A stretch of DNA of 43,051 nt from positions 1 through 43,051 of IMG/VR virus record IMGVR_UViG_3300044504_000043; one strand, 5' to 3'. Positions within the stretch are counted from its first letter, which is position 1, and each line of letters opens with the position of its first letter. The notes below the pieces were generated by a model. That model made no database searches. It saw only the letters and a program-made list of their open reading frames with translations, and was not told where the DNA came from. Origin of the DNA: a virus (taxonomy: Duplodnaviria; Caudoviricetes). The position numbers and the translations under genes are program-made. Positions 1 through 7,731 of this stretch are shown in pieces.

Positions 1-127
1 GCGGCCGGTTTGTAATAATTCACCTACTGTTAATTTAGCGACCTGTTCCAGCGTCATGCCATCGCCCGTTGCATTGTTATCCATGTAATCAAGCTGTGAA
101 GGTATCTCAACAGTAGGAGGCTTACTA
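1..127. repeat. Terminal direct repeat copy 1 (assembly overlap indicating a circular/complete genome)
   Basis: 1-127 is identical to 42925-43051; 127 nt is a common assembler k-mer; the portal ORF reads through the junction. Confidence 0.95.
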
Positions 128-357
128 AACGCCATGCCTACCATTGCTTTTAACGTGCGACCTGTGACATTGACAAATTGAGCGCGGTTTGTATATGCCT
201 TATAACGTGCAATAGAATCAGCGCCTTCTTTATTCGGATGCGGTAGATAGATTTCACCTGCATCACGCACTGCTTTAGCGCCAGACACGCAGTCACGCAC
301 TAGCTTCCACTTACTGACGGAATCAGTATATTGTTGGTGCTGGCTGTCTACTGGCAT
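1..357 (-). CDS. Portal protein (DUF4055 type), N-terminal part; continues at 42924..41899
   Basis: ATG at 357 directly after the TerL stop; reads MPVDSQHQQY...WKLVRDCVSG...YLPHP...RYKAYTNRAQFVNVTGRTL, in frame with the 41899..43008 ORF. Confidence 0.9.
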   Translation of the reverse strand, partial: MPVDSQHQQYTDSVSKWKLVRDCVSGAKAVRDAGEIYLPHPNKEGADSIARYKAYTNRAQFVNVTGRTLKAMVGMAFSKPPTVEIPSQLDYMDNNATGDGMTLEQVAKLTVGELLQTGR

Positions 358-1617
358 TTAGAATCTCACGTTAATGTCGATCATAGGTTTATGAATAGGC
401 CATTTTCTGTTGATAAAATACCCTGAGCAATCTAGCCAATCATCGACTGCTGGATGATCGGTAAACTTTTCGGGATCACCTTTCTTGTCATAGCCTTGCG
501 TTTCTAGTGCGTGGGCTAAGTTAGGGCATTTATCGGTATTAACTTTTGTTTTGTTATGTGAAAGCAAGCCATTCCATGCGTTTATTCTGTCTCTTACCGC
601 TGGATTAGCCGCTGGAGCGTCCACTTGATACCCTGCTTTCTCAATTAAGCCTATATCTGATAACGTGGCATTCGTTGAACCACTTCGACCGCTGGCATCA
701 GGGTAGATAATGACTTTCTTGCCATCGTATCGACTTAAGTTGTTAACAAAATCGTATGTATCGTGACTGACAAACTCATCAACAGCGATTGGCTGGTTAT
801 TCTCAATAAGCCAAGTTGTTGCACATGTACCGCCGACGTTAAAATCAAGGCCAATATGTAAGAATTTATCTGCATCGGTTATGGTTCTGTCTGTGTGATG
901 AATCGCTCTACTAAAGAAGTGATACACCTTGTTACGAGTAAAGCTAACCCAGCCACCAGAAACGAAAGCCTCTGCCATGATTGGATCATAGTTTTTGCAA
1001 ATCTGTTCGACATAGCCATCAGGAAGAAACTTATTGCTGTCCGTTCCAGCTTTTATGTAGTGATAACCGCCTTCTACATTTTCACCATTACCCCATGTTT
1101 CATAACAAAAACCGCTCATGCCTTGATCTGTTGTGCTGGCAACCGCCAATGTATTGCCACAAGGATGGCTGGTCTTTTGTCTTATACGCTCGGTTATCTT
1201 TGTCCAAGCGTGTCGAGCTTGTTCAGTCTTTAACGTGTCTAATTCATCAACGCCGCCGTGTGCTATTTCGTATGAAACGATGGCATCTGGATCGTGATAA
1301 GTATCAAGATAATAAATACCGTTATTAAGCGCCGGTATGGTTATCGTTAAATCAGACTTATTTAGTGTGTACTCGTAACCTAATCGCTTAAGATAGGCTT
1401 GCACGCCACTTAAACCGCGCCTTTTAGCTAACTTATATGATGGAAAGTAATGTCCAACGCTAACACCTGGATCTTGTTCCATCAATGTCACTAAGCGAAT
1501 TATTAATCCTTCACTCTTACCGCTACCAAAACCGCCAAACATTGCAGGATTAGGATAAGGCGAGTTAATAAGTAATTCTTGTGGCCTAGTAATCTGTATG
1601 CGTTCACTCGACAACAT
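358..1617 (-). CDS. terL: Terminase large subunit
   Basis: Walker A GGFGSGKS, Walker B GVDE, nuclease motifs GLDFN and DDWLD; lies between the small subunit and portal. Confidence 0.93.
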   Translation of the reverse strand: MLSSERIQITRPQELLINSPYPNPAMFGGFGSGKSEGLIIRLVTLMEQDPGVSVGHYFPSYKLAKRRGLSGVQAYLKRLGYEYTLNKSDLTITIPALNNGIYYLDTYHDPDAIVSYEIAHGGVDELDTLKTEQARHAWTKITERIRQKTSHPCGNTLAVASTTDQGMSGFCYETWGNGENVEGGYHYIKAGTDSNKFLPDGYVEQICKNYDPIMAEAFVSGGWVSFTRNKVYHFFSRAIHHTDRTITDADKFLHIGLDFNVGGTCATTWLIENNQPIAVDEFVSHDTYDFVNNLSRYDGKKVIIYPDASGRSGSTNATLSDIGLIEKAGYQVDAPAANPAVRDRINAWNGLLSHNKTKVNTDKCPNLAHALETQGYDKKGDPEKFTDHPAVDDWLDCSGYFINRKWPIHKPMIDINVRF

Positions 1618-2068
1618 GGAAAACCCTTGTTATCTGTTCGCCAGCATTATTCTGTGTGTTTTGCTGAATACTTGCAGGCGGCGCATGACGATTATTTATC
1701 TTGGTCATTACCGAAAGCTTATCGACACCCTCAATCACTGCTTTAAAGTCACTACCCGTATCTGAGTTAGTGATTAAGTCATTAGCTTTTGCCATTGCTT
1801 TGTTGCTGAAACGCTCAATATCTCTTAACAGGTCAATTTTAAACTGGACAGAGTGGTTAACCGCGTCCAATTCTTGTCCAGTTAATAACGCACTCGCTTG
1901 AATTACTTCAACTTTTTTGTCTATAAGCTCTTTATTCTTTTTATCTAGCCCGTTAGTGATATTGCCTACTGTTGATCGTGATATTTTATGCTTATCTGCT
2001 AATTCCCTTATGGTGTATTGACCGGTATGGTAATCAGCTAGTAATGCCTCTTTGTTATATTTTGCCAT
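1604..2068 (-). CDS. terS: Terminase small subunit (N-terminal HTH)
   Basis: HTH TIRELADKHKISRSTV, tail IQQNTQNN; overlaps the terL start; likely start MAKYNK at 2068. Confidence 0.8.
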   Translation of the reverse strand: MAKYNKEALLADYHTGQYTIRELADKHKISRSTVGNITNGLDKKNKELIDKKVEVIQASALLTGQELDAVNHSVQFKIDLLRDIERFSNKAMAKANDLITNSDTGSDFKAVIEGVDKLSVMTKINNRHAPPASIQQNTQNNAGEQITRVFHVVE

Positions 2069-2149
2069 TAGCCTTTCCACTGGATTAGCTTTACCAACCC
2101 ACGGGATTGGTTTGTTGTTTAGTTTATGGTGTTGCCTAGCCTCTAGTTT

Positions 2150-2431
2150 TTACTGTCGCTCAATCAATCTATCGAGCTTATCGTTTATTCTGTTCATCTG
2201 AACGCTTATGCTTTCAAGGGATCTAATATTTCTGCTATCGGTTCTATCCATCTGCTCTGATATAGCTGTCAATTGCATATCATGCGTTGCTATCCTGCTT
2301 TCAATATTCATGGCCCATACAATCATGGCAGCGGCAAGTGATAATGTAGTGAGTAGATGACCAGCATTAAGGCGCTTATCTAAGTGCCAGTGGTTCCCCT
2401 CATCGCCTCCCCTGTTGTCTACCATAATCAC
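2150..2431 (-). CDS. Single-TM plus coiled-coil protein, first late gene (possibly holin/antiholin-like)
   Basis: Hydrophobic HLLTTLSLAAAMIVWAM followed by heptads ending INDKLDRLIE; GGAG RBS. Confidence 0.55.
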   Translation of the reverse strand: MIMVDNRGGDEGNHWHLDKRLNAGHLLTTLSLAAAMIVWAMNIESRIATHDMQLTAISEQMDRTDSRNIRSLESISVQMNRINDKLDRLIERQ

Positions 2432-2498
2432 TCCATGTCTAAAGAATCACCGTCTAACACGCCACCACTTAAGGTTATTAGCATGGACGGTGAACCAT

Positions 2499-2534
2499 AA
2501 AAAAACCCGCTGCAACAGTCAAGTGAGCGGGTTT
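2499..2534 (-). terminator. Intrinsic terminator, tR'-like
   Basis: Minus strand AAACCCGCT...AGCGGGTTTTTTT between the Q-like gene and the late operon. Confidence 0.8.
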
Positions 2535-2570
2535 AGGTTATTTGTTGTTAAGCGTTGCTTAGTGTATGTC

Positions 2571-2605
2571 TATTTAATCATAGTATGGTTAATATACAAG
2601 TGGAA
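2571..2605 (-). promoter_or_regulatory. Putative late promoter, PR'-like
   Basis: Minus strand TTCCAC-N17-TATGAT (alternative TTGTAT-N17-TAAATA) just downstream of Q and upstream of the terminator. Confidence 0.5.
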
Positions 2606-2614
2606 AACAGGAGG

Positions 2615-2968
2615 TCACATCAGCACCTTATCGGCTATTACCTCTTTAATCCAATGTACTCTTGTCCTCACTTTTGACCTTGTTAGCCCCTCCATCTTGG
2701 CAATGCCATTATCACTTATGCCTACTTTCCACTTTAGCCTCGCAATCTCACGGTTAACATTGCATAAGCTACCGACAATCTCTTGAGTGGCTATATCTTC
2801 CGGCATGGTCTGCTCAAGCTGGATATCACAGCAGTTAATGCCTCTAACCCGTTCTTGCTCGGCTGAGGCATGAGGTAAACCTAAATCGGGCAACCCTGTT
2901 CTAGTGAGCCATCCCCACCGCTTTAGCAAGCGATCTGCTCTGTTTATTTTTTCTTGTGTTATATTCAT
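2615..2968 (-). CDS. Q: Late antiterminator Q-like protein
   Basis: LLKRWGW N-terminus and sigma4-like C-terminal HTH (DNGIAKMEGLTRSKVRTRV); last early gene before a promoter-terminator pair. Confidence 0.7.
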   Translation of the reverse strand: MNITQEKINRADRLLKRWGWLTRTGLPDLGLPHASAEQERVRGINCCDIQLEQTMPEDIATQEIVGSLCNVNREIARLKWKVGISDNGIAKMEGLTRSKVRTRVHWIKEVIADKVLM

Positions 2969-3173
2969 CAATGAACGTGATGATATCGTCGAATATATCG
3001 AACTCTGCCGCTTTCGCATTGTAAACCCCGATTAAATGATTATGATTGATGTTCAGTATTGATGGTGCATTCGACCTGATCACACGCAATTCACCGTTAT
3101 ATAAAATATATACTGAGCCAGCAGACTCAATGCCTGATTTAATCTTTGCAAGTGTTTCAGCTTTTATTGTCAT
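2901..3173 (-). CDS. Hypothetical protein
   Basis: ORF in the tightly packed operon; likely start MTIKAET. Confidence 0.55.
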   Translation of the reverse strand: MTIKAETLAKIKSGIESAGSVYILYNGELRVIRSNAPSILNINHNHLIGVYNAKAAEFDIFDDIITFIDEYNTRKNKQSRSLAKAVGMAH

Positions 3174-3315
3174 TAGCCTTTCCTTTAACATTCACCTTAA
3201 AATCATCATTACTTTTGTCACGAATACCCCATACTATTTGTGACAAATTCTCCTCGAGCTTCTTTTTATCTTCTTTGCGTCTTCCGCTGCCTTTCCCACC
3301 ATGTGTCGCGCTCAT
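3157..3315 (-). CDS. Small basic protein (52 aa) with GGKGSGRR motif
   Basis: Not in the ORF track; MSATHGGKGSGRRKEDKKKLEENLSQIVWG...; ATGA overlap with the upstream stop. Confidence 0.65.
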   Translation of the reverse strand: MSATHGGKGSGRRKEDKKKLEENLSQIVWGIRDKSNDDFKVNVKGKANDNKS

Positions 3316-4502
3316 AGCATTACATCCGGCTCATGCATTGTTTGCGGTATGGTGTAAACGTGTGAGCTATACAAGCCGCCTGACTTTCTAAACGTCAACA
3401 TTTCCATTTCACCGTCACCCATGTACCCCTTTGATGCGTGCCAGCTATCAGGTGGTGGTAATGCAGCAAAGACTTTATATTTAACGCCAGGCAGTGACTT
3501 AACGTTTTCTTTATGAAAGTGACCTACGCACCACATACGGCTAGTTGTTCTTCCCCATGATTTAGGCATGTCTCTTGCCATGCTTGAAGCTAATGATTCT
3601 GGTTTTTGCTTATCGCCATGATGAATGCCTAATAACCAGTTTCCGTATTCGATGTAGTTATAAAAACCGTCACTGTGTAAAACATTAACTCTTGGCTCAT
3701 TTCTAAATGCTAGCGATACACCAACCCTTATAACCTCTGATGAATCGGTATCATGATTCCCTTTAGCTATTACTACGGTTACTTTCTTAAACTTATCTAG
3801 CATTTTGTCGATCATATAAATCATGCACATTGCCGCTTTACGATTGACTGGCCCTTTCCGTGTATCAACGTCTTGAGGTGTGCCACCAAAAGTCATATTA
3901 TTTTGACCATTAGTGTGTAGATAATCACCTACATCAACCAGTAATCCCGTTTCTGTTAGCTCTGCTTTATCAACTAAATAATCAATCGCATCCCTTAGCT
4001 GTTCTGTTGCAATATCGCTATCAAAATCACTGTGTTTTGTTTCTTTCCCGTGGGCATACATGCCAATGTGTGCATCCCCGATAAAGATACCCGTCATTAG
4101 CTGGTCAGTATGTTTTTTAAACTGCGTTAATTTTTTCGCTTTTCTGGCTGGTATTTCTTCACATAGGCCGTTAACGTATTCCCGCATGTTGTCGGCTTGC
4201 TGTTCTTTGTCTAAATCTGTTTTAACCCACTGGATTTTGACATTGCCTGCTTCGTCATAAAGGATTGATTTGCCTTTCATGTGATATGGATCTGGTATCG
4301 CTTCTATTGAGCCATCACCATGTGTTATCGTCTTAGATGCCGCTTTTGCTTTTATTCTGCTTAATGTATGGCCTACATTTGAGGTAGTGGCGTTTAATAA
4401 TTTCGCCGCATCTTTTTGAACTCCATTACTCTGAATAACCGCATTAAGTATGCTTTCTTGTGCTTTCGTACTAGCAAATGGCCTTAAATACTCTAAATCC
4501 AT
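3312..4502 (-). CDS. Calcineurin-like metallophosphoesterase with N-terminal HTH
   Basis: Motifs GDAH, VGD, GNHD, HHGD, GHFH; N-terminal HTH QKDAAKLLNATTSNV. Confidence 0.85.
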   Translation of the reverse strand: MDLEYLRPFASTKAQESILNAVIQSNGVQKDAAKLLNATTSNVGHTLSRIKAKAASKTITHGDGSIEAIPDPYHMKGKSILYDEAGNVKIQWVKTDLDKEQQADNMREYVNGLCEEIPARKAKKLTQFKKHTDQLMTGIFIGDAHIGMYAHGKETKHSDFDSDIATEQLRDAIDYLVDKAELTETGLLVDVGDYLHTNGQNNMTFGGTPQDVDTRKGPVNRKAAMCMIYMIDKMLDKFKKVTVVIAKGNHDTDSSEVIRVGVSLAFRNEPRVNVLHSDGFYNYIEYGNWLLGIHHGDKQKPESLASSMARDMPKSWGRTTSRMWCVGHFHKENVKSLPGVKYKVFAALPPPDSWHASKGYMGDGEMEMLTFRKSGGLYSSHVYTIPQTMHEPDVML

Positions 4503-4732
4503 TAGATACTCCCTGTTTGTTTAATTCGCAACCTACCGTTAAACCATCGACGCAATACGTAGCTTCTGATAAATGAAATAACCGTGAACCATAGCCCGAT
4601 GATGATGTTGTCTTGAAGTGGCAAATGAACGTCAAAGAATGGAAATATCACCAACTGACTACCTAATGCCACAAAGTAACCAATCAGGATATTTACCGAG
4701 CTTTCTAGTGCGCTGTGTATTCTTGATTGCAT
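4502..4732 (-). CDS. Small two-TM membrane protein
   Basis: Two hydrophobic segments and basic tail RSYVLRRWFN; coupled to the phosphoesterase start. Confidence 0.75.
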   Translation of the reverse strand: MQSRIHSALESSVNILIGYFVALGSQLVIFPFFDVHLPLQDNIIIGLWFTVISFIRSYVLRRWFNGRLRIKQTGSI

Positions 4733-4733
4733 A

Positions 4734-5147
4734 TCAATTACCCGCCTTATCTATCTTGTCCTGCAATCTGAACATGTCACAGCAAATCTTATGGGCTAAG
4801 TGATATAAGCTAGTTTCATCATCAAAATCATTGCTTTCGCCTTGATACTCATGCCGACCGCCTGCGTCTTTATATCGCCGCTGTAAATCTGGCACTTTCT
4901 TCCAGTTATCGTCACTGTATTTTTTAGCGCCATACGTTAAAACCTTGACCACTTCATGTAACGCGTCTTGCGGTACAAGTGAGTATCTTGGCTTGTCGTT
5001 ATCATATTTAACGCCAATATTCGGAATATCATTATTCTTTGTATCAACTTGACTTGCCATGTGAGCATATAAAACGCCGCCATGATTGATTAGGGCGTTA
5101 TCAATATCTTTACCAGTCCAGCCTTCACCTGTTGCGTAATCCTTCAT
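4734..5147 (-). CDS. dATP/dGTP diphosphohydrolase-domain (DUF5664) protein
   Basis: GVKYDNDKPRYSLVP...VLTYGAKKYSDDNW...RH...DDETSLYHLAH signature. Confidence 0.85.
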   Translation of the reverse strand: MKDYATGEGWTGKDIDNALINHGGVLYAHMASQVDTKNNDIPNIGVKYDNDKPRYSLVPQDALHEVVKVLTYGAKKYSDDNWKKVPDLQRRYKDAGGRHEYQGESNDFDDETSLYHLAHKICCDMFRLQDKIDKAGN

Positions 5148-5356
5148 TATTTACCTGCCTTATCTAGCTTGCGATTTACCTTGACCATAAAGTCTATTAA
5201 TGCGTCTTTAAGCTCTTCATTAATGGCGAGTAGCTCCATGTTGGCCTTATCAAGTCTCCTTCCTAAATATGAGTTATAAATTGACCACCCAGAAGTAAAT
5301 AAAACTAATGAGATTAAGAACCAAAATACCTTGGCTGAAATAGTTACTGTTATCAT
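5147..5356 (-). CDS. Hypothetical membrane protein
   Basis: N-terminal TM segment; start/stop overlaps with both neighbours. Confidence 0.6.
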   Translation of the reverse strand: MITVTISAKVFWFLISLVLFTSGWSIYNSYLGRRLDKANMELLAINEELKDALIDFMVKVNRKLDKAGK

Positions 5357-5643
5357 TCATTTATCTCCTGAATTATCTGCTCTACGCTGTGAACTACTTG
5401 GTAATGTCCACGCCATTCATCGCATAATTTGACTTGACTATCTTTTAAAGCACCCGATTTCCATTCGCCTGATTTAGTTAATGTCTTTTCTGGATCTTTA
5501 ATTTCAAACCAAAACGTCTTGCCCTTCCACCCGACTAGCAAATCATCCATGCCCGTTTGAACAGATGCCCCCATCGAGCGTAGATAAGCGACTATCTCGC
5601 CTTGATTGCTATCTACCCTTGCCGCCTGTCTGTATTTGCTCAT
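5353..5643 (-). CDS. VRR-NUC/PD-(D/E)XK nuclease (resolvase-like)
   Basis: AARVDSNQGEIV...DDLLVG...FEIK...SQ motif pattern. Confidence 0.75.
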   Translation of the reverse strand: MSKYRQAARVDSNQGEIVAYLRSMGASVQTGMDDLLVGWKGKTFWFEIKDPEKTLTKSGEWKSGALKDSQVKLCDEWRGHYQVVHSVEQIIQEINE

Positions 5644-5807
5644 TTCGCCTTATTCCTTAATCCGTGAACGGTTTTTAAGTGATTGCGTGTGGCCTGTTTT
5701 ACTTCCTCTGATTTATCATCCATAAAAGCCTTTAATTGCTCAGGATTGCCAAGTAATTGAACTGCTTTGGCATTGATAGAACCTTGACCTTGATATCTAT
5801 CGCGCAT
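5640..5807 (-). CDS. Hypothetical protein (55 aa)
   Basis: Not in the ORF track; MRDRYQGQGSINAKAVQLLG...; GAGG RBS; fills the gap, stop overlaps the next ATG. Confidence 0.6.
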   Translation of the reverse strand: MRDRYQGQGSINAKAVQLLGNPEQLKAFMDDKSEEVKQATRNHLKTVHGLRNKAK

Positions 5808-6075
5808 CTAATAACCTCGCATTTACTTTTTCCAATAAATCCAGTTGTGATCCATGCTTTCTTTCCCAACTACGCACGCCATGACGATGTAAATCATCGT
5901 GGCAATATAAGCAGAGCGGTATAGTCATTTCATCTGGTGATTTCATGCCCATGCCCGATGTACCGTGACCAATTACATGATGAATTTGAACCCCGAAGCC
6001 GTGACACGTCATGCACTGCATTTGTGATAACTTGTCGAAACGCGCTTTATTTTCTTTGGTAGTTTTACGGGCCAT
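5797..6075 (-). CDS. Ref/DUF968-like Zn-HNH nuclease protein
   Basis: CxxC...HH...GMGMKSPD..TIPLCxxCH...H. Confidence 0.8.
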   Translation of the reverse strand: MARKTTKENKARFDKLSQMQCMTCHGFGVQIHHVIGHGTSGMGMKSPDEMTIPLCLYCHDDLHRHGVRSWERKHGSQLDLLEKVNARLLDAR

Positions 6076-6479
6076 TACATTTCAAACCTATTCGGAAAAG
6101 GAAGCGTTATGCCCGTATTTGATCCAGTCCACTTATCAAGCGTTAAATAAACCTCACTAACTTGCTTAGTGTTTAGCTTGGTTGTCGATGCTGTGCCGTA
6201 CATGGCCTGCTGAATTGGTGACCATAAATCAGACTTGATGCTTTCCATTGTCCACGGCACTGAAAAACTGTCTTTCATTAGCTTGTAAACAGCTTTTTTA
6301 TCGAACCCTGCATCATTTAGCCTGTTAGCCAATAAACCCGCGTACAAGTGAATAGAGCTATTCTGTGTGCTTGTTCTACGCTTTCTAGTAATGGTTACTG
6401 TTTCGCCTAGTGCAGAGTTTTGAATGTAGTAGATAACATCCAATCTATCTTGCTCAGTGGTGAGAGTGAACTCACTCAT
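6075..6479 (-). CDS. ninB: NinB-like recombination protein
   Basis: KRRTSTQN...STTKLNTKQ motifs; nin-region position; likely start MSEFTL. Confidence 0.7.
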   Translation of the reverse strand: MSEFTLTTEQDRLDVIYYIQNSALGETVTITRKRRTSTQNSSIHLYAGLLANRLNDAGFDKKAVYKLMKDSFSVPWTMESIKSDLWSPIQQAMYGTASTTKLNTKQVSEVYLTLDKWTGSNTGITLPFPNRFEM

Positions 6480-6718
6480 ACCGTTACCCCATATCCGTTT
6501 ATTCTGTCCATGATTAACCAAGCTAATCTGCTGTTTTCGTCTTCATTTACTTTCTTTTGTATTTCAATACTGCATAACGGGTGGCTAATATGGCTAGCTG
6601 GTTTAATTTCACCGCAATGCAGGCATCGTTTAGCTATTACAGAGCCGCTTGATTCATATCTGCCGCTTCTGTTAGCACTTGATGTTGTGTTAGTGATGCT
6701 TCCTGATAGGCGGCTCAT
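6476..6718 (-). CDS. Hypothetical Zn-binding protein
   Basis: CLHC...C; ATGA-coupled on both sides. Confidence 0.55.
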   Translation of the reverse strand: MSRLSGSITNTTSSANRSGRYESSGSVIAKRCLHCGEIKPASHISHPLCSIEIQKKVNEDENSRLAWLIMDRINGYGVTV

Positions 6719-7731
6719 GCTTTAAGCTCCATAAATGACTCAATAAATAACTGTGCAGTTTTTGCTTGAATTGCGTTGCCATAGCCTTTGAGTCTTATGT
6801 TTTTAGCTAATCCTGTGTTATTAGCGTTGATTGAACCGCCGCTATACACCACGCCTCTGGCAACCCCATTAACCAGCGGCTTAACGCCGGATTTAATTGG
6901 CCTGTACTTATTATCTCGGCAGTAGAGCCATTCGATGTCGGTACTTGGTCTTTCAGATTGGAGCATCCCGCTTTCTGCTTCGCTCTTGCTAATGCTTCGC
7001 CTGATCGGATCGGTAGTGAGTCCATCACGTTCGGTGTTCCCCACCCTGCTATCTGAGCAGACCCCTCCAAATTTATTCCGTGTTTCCCTGCTAATACCAC
7101 TGGTGAGTTGTGGTTCGGGCCGCCGGTTCCCGTTTTCGGAGTAGGCCAGCCTGCTATCTTGGCTATATTCGGCAGCTCCTTTTTCCCCTTCCCAGCTGAC
7201 CCTCTCTTGTCGCTGGCCAATGGAGTTGGCCACCCAGTAGAGCCGCTGTCTTTGGTGCGCGGCGTTGACGCTATGTGCGCCCAATACTGCATGCCCAACG
7301 GCGTAACCTTCTGCTTCCATTGTTGCCTGTAAATCATCGAGCCAGCCGTGTCTAATTGCTCCTTCAACTTGCTCACCAAAAATAACGTTAAATCCGCACT
7401 GTTTAACGAGCTTTGTAAAATGGGGCAGTAAATGTCGTTCATCTTCGTTTCCTTTCTGATTTCCGGCTACGCTAAATGGCTGGCATGGAAGTGATGCTGT
7501 GCATACTTGGCGGTCATCGCTCCATCCAGCGTTTCGTAATGAGTGCGACCAAGTGCCAATGCCTGCAAAAAAGTGATGTTGAGTAAATCCCTTTAGGTCG
7601 TCCGCTTTAACTTCAATAATTGAACGTTCATCAACTTCTCCATCTGCAATATCACCATTAATGATTAATTGTCTAAGCCAAGCAGCGGCATCAGGATCAT
7701 TTTCATTGTAATAAGCTCGCTTAATACCCAT
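6715..7731 (-). CDS. C5-cytosine DNA methyltransferase, alpha chain (motif order II-III-I-IV..VIII, X; no motif IX)
   Basis: FFAGIG (I), LPCQPFS (IV), GEQV (VI), HQRQRLY (VIII), RLKGYGNAI (X); start MGIKRAYYNE at 7731 with GAGG RBS. Confidence 0.9.
   Translation of the reverse strand: MGIKRAYYNENDPDAAAWLRQLIINGDIADGEVDERSIIEVKADDLKGFTQHHFFAGIGTWSHSLRNAGWSDDRQVCTASLPCQPFSVAGNQKGNEDERHLLPHFTKLVKQCGFNVIFGEQVEGAIRHGWLDDLQATMEAEGYAVGHAVLGAHSVNAAHQRQRLYWVANSIGQRQERVSWEGEKGAAEYSQDSRLAYSENGNRRPEPQLTSGISRETRNKFGGVCSDSRVGNTERDGLTTDPIRRSISKSEAESGMLQSERPSTDIEWLYCRDNKYRPIKSGVKPLVNGVARGVVYSGGSINANNTGLAKNIRLKGYGNAIQAKTAQLFIESFMELKA
6807..7442 (-). CDS. Nested +1-frame C5-MTase beta chain (motif IX plus three GW[PG]TP repeats)
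   Basis: 211-codon open frame inside the MTase; AAAGGA 7 nt before ATG; C-terminal LNPALSRWLMGLPEAW matches motif IX. Confidence 0.8.
   Translation of the reverse strand: MNDIYCPILQSSLNSADLTLFLVSKLKEQLDTAGSMIYRQQWKQKVTPLGMQYWAHIASTPRTKDSGSTGWPTPLASDKRGSAGKGKKELPNIAKIAGWPTPKTGTGGPNHNSPVVLAGKHGINLEGSAQIAGWGTPNVMDSLPIRSGEALARAKQKAGCSNLKDQVPTSNGSTAEIISTGQLNPALSRWLMGLPEAWCIAAVQSTLITQD

Noticed and set aside
1-127. Biological terminal repeat
   Set aside because: The length equals a common assembler k-mer and it falls mid-portal, so it is best read as a circularisation overlap
4734-5147. Z-genome (2-aminoadenine) pathway
   Set aside because: No PurZ, DatZ or phage polymerase is recognisable in the genome
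6807-7442. Frameshifted pseudogene explanation for the MTase
   Set aside because: Both frames are intact, motif X remains in the alpha frame after the overlap, and the nested frame has its own RBS
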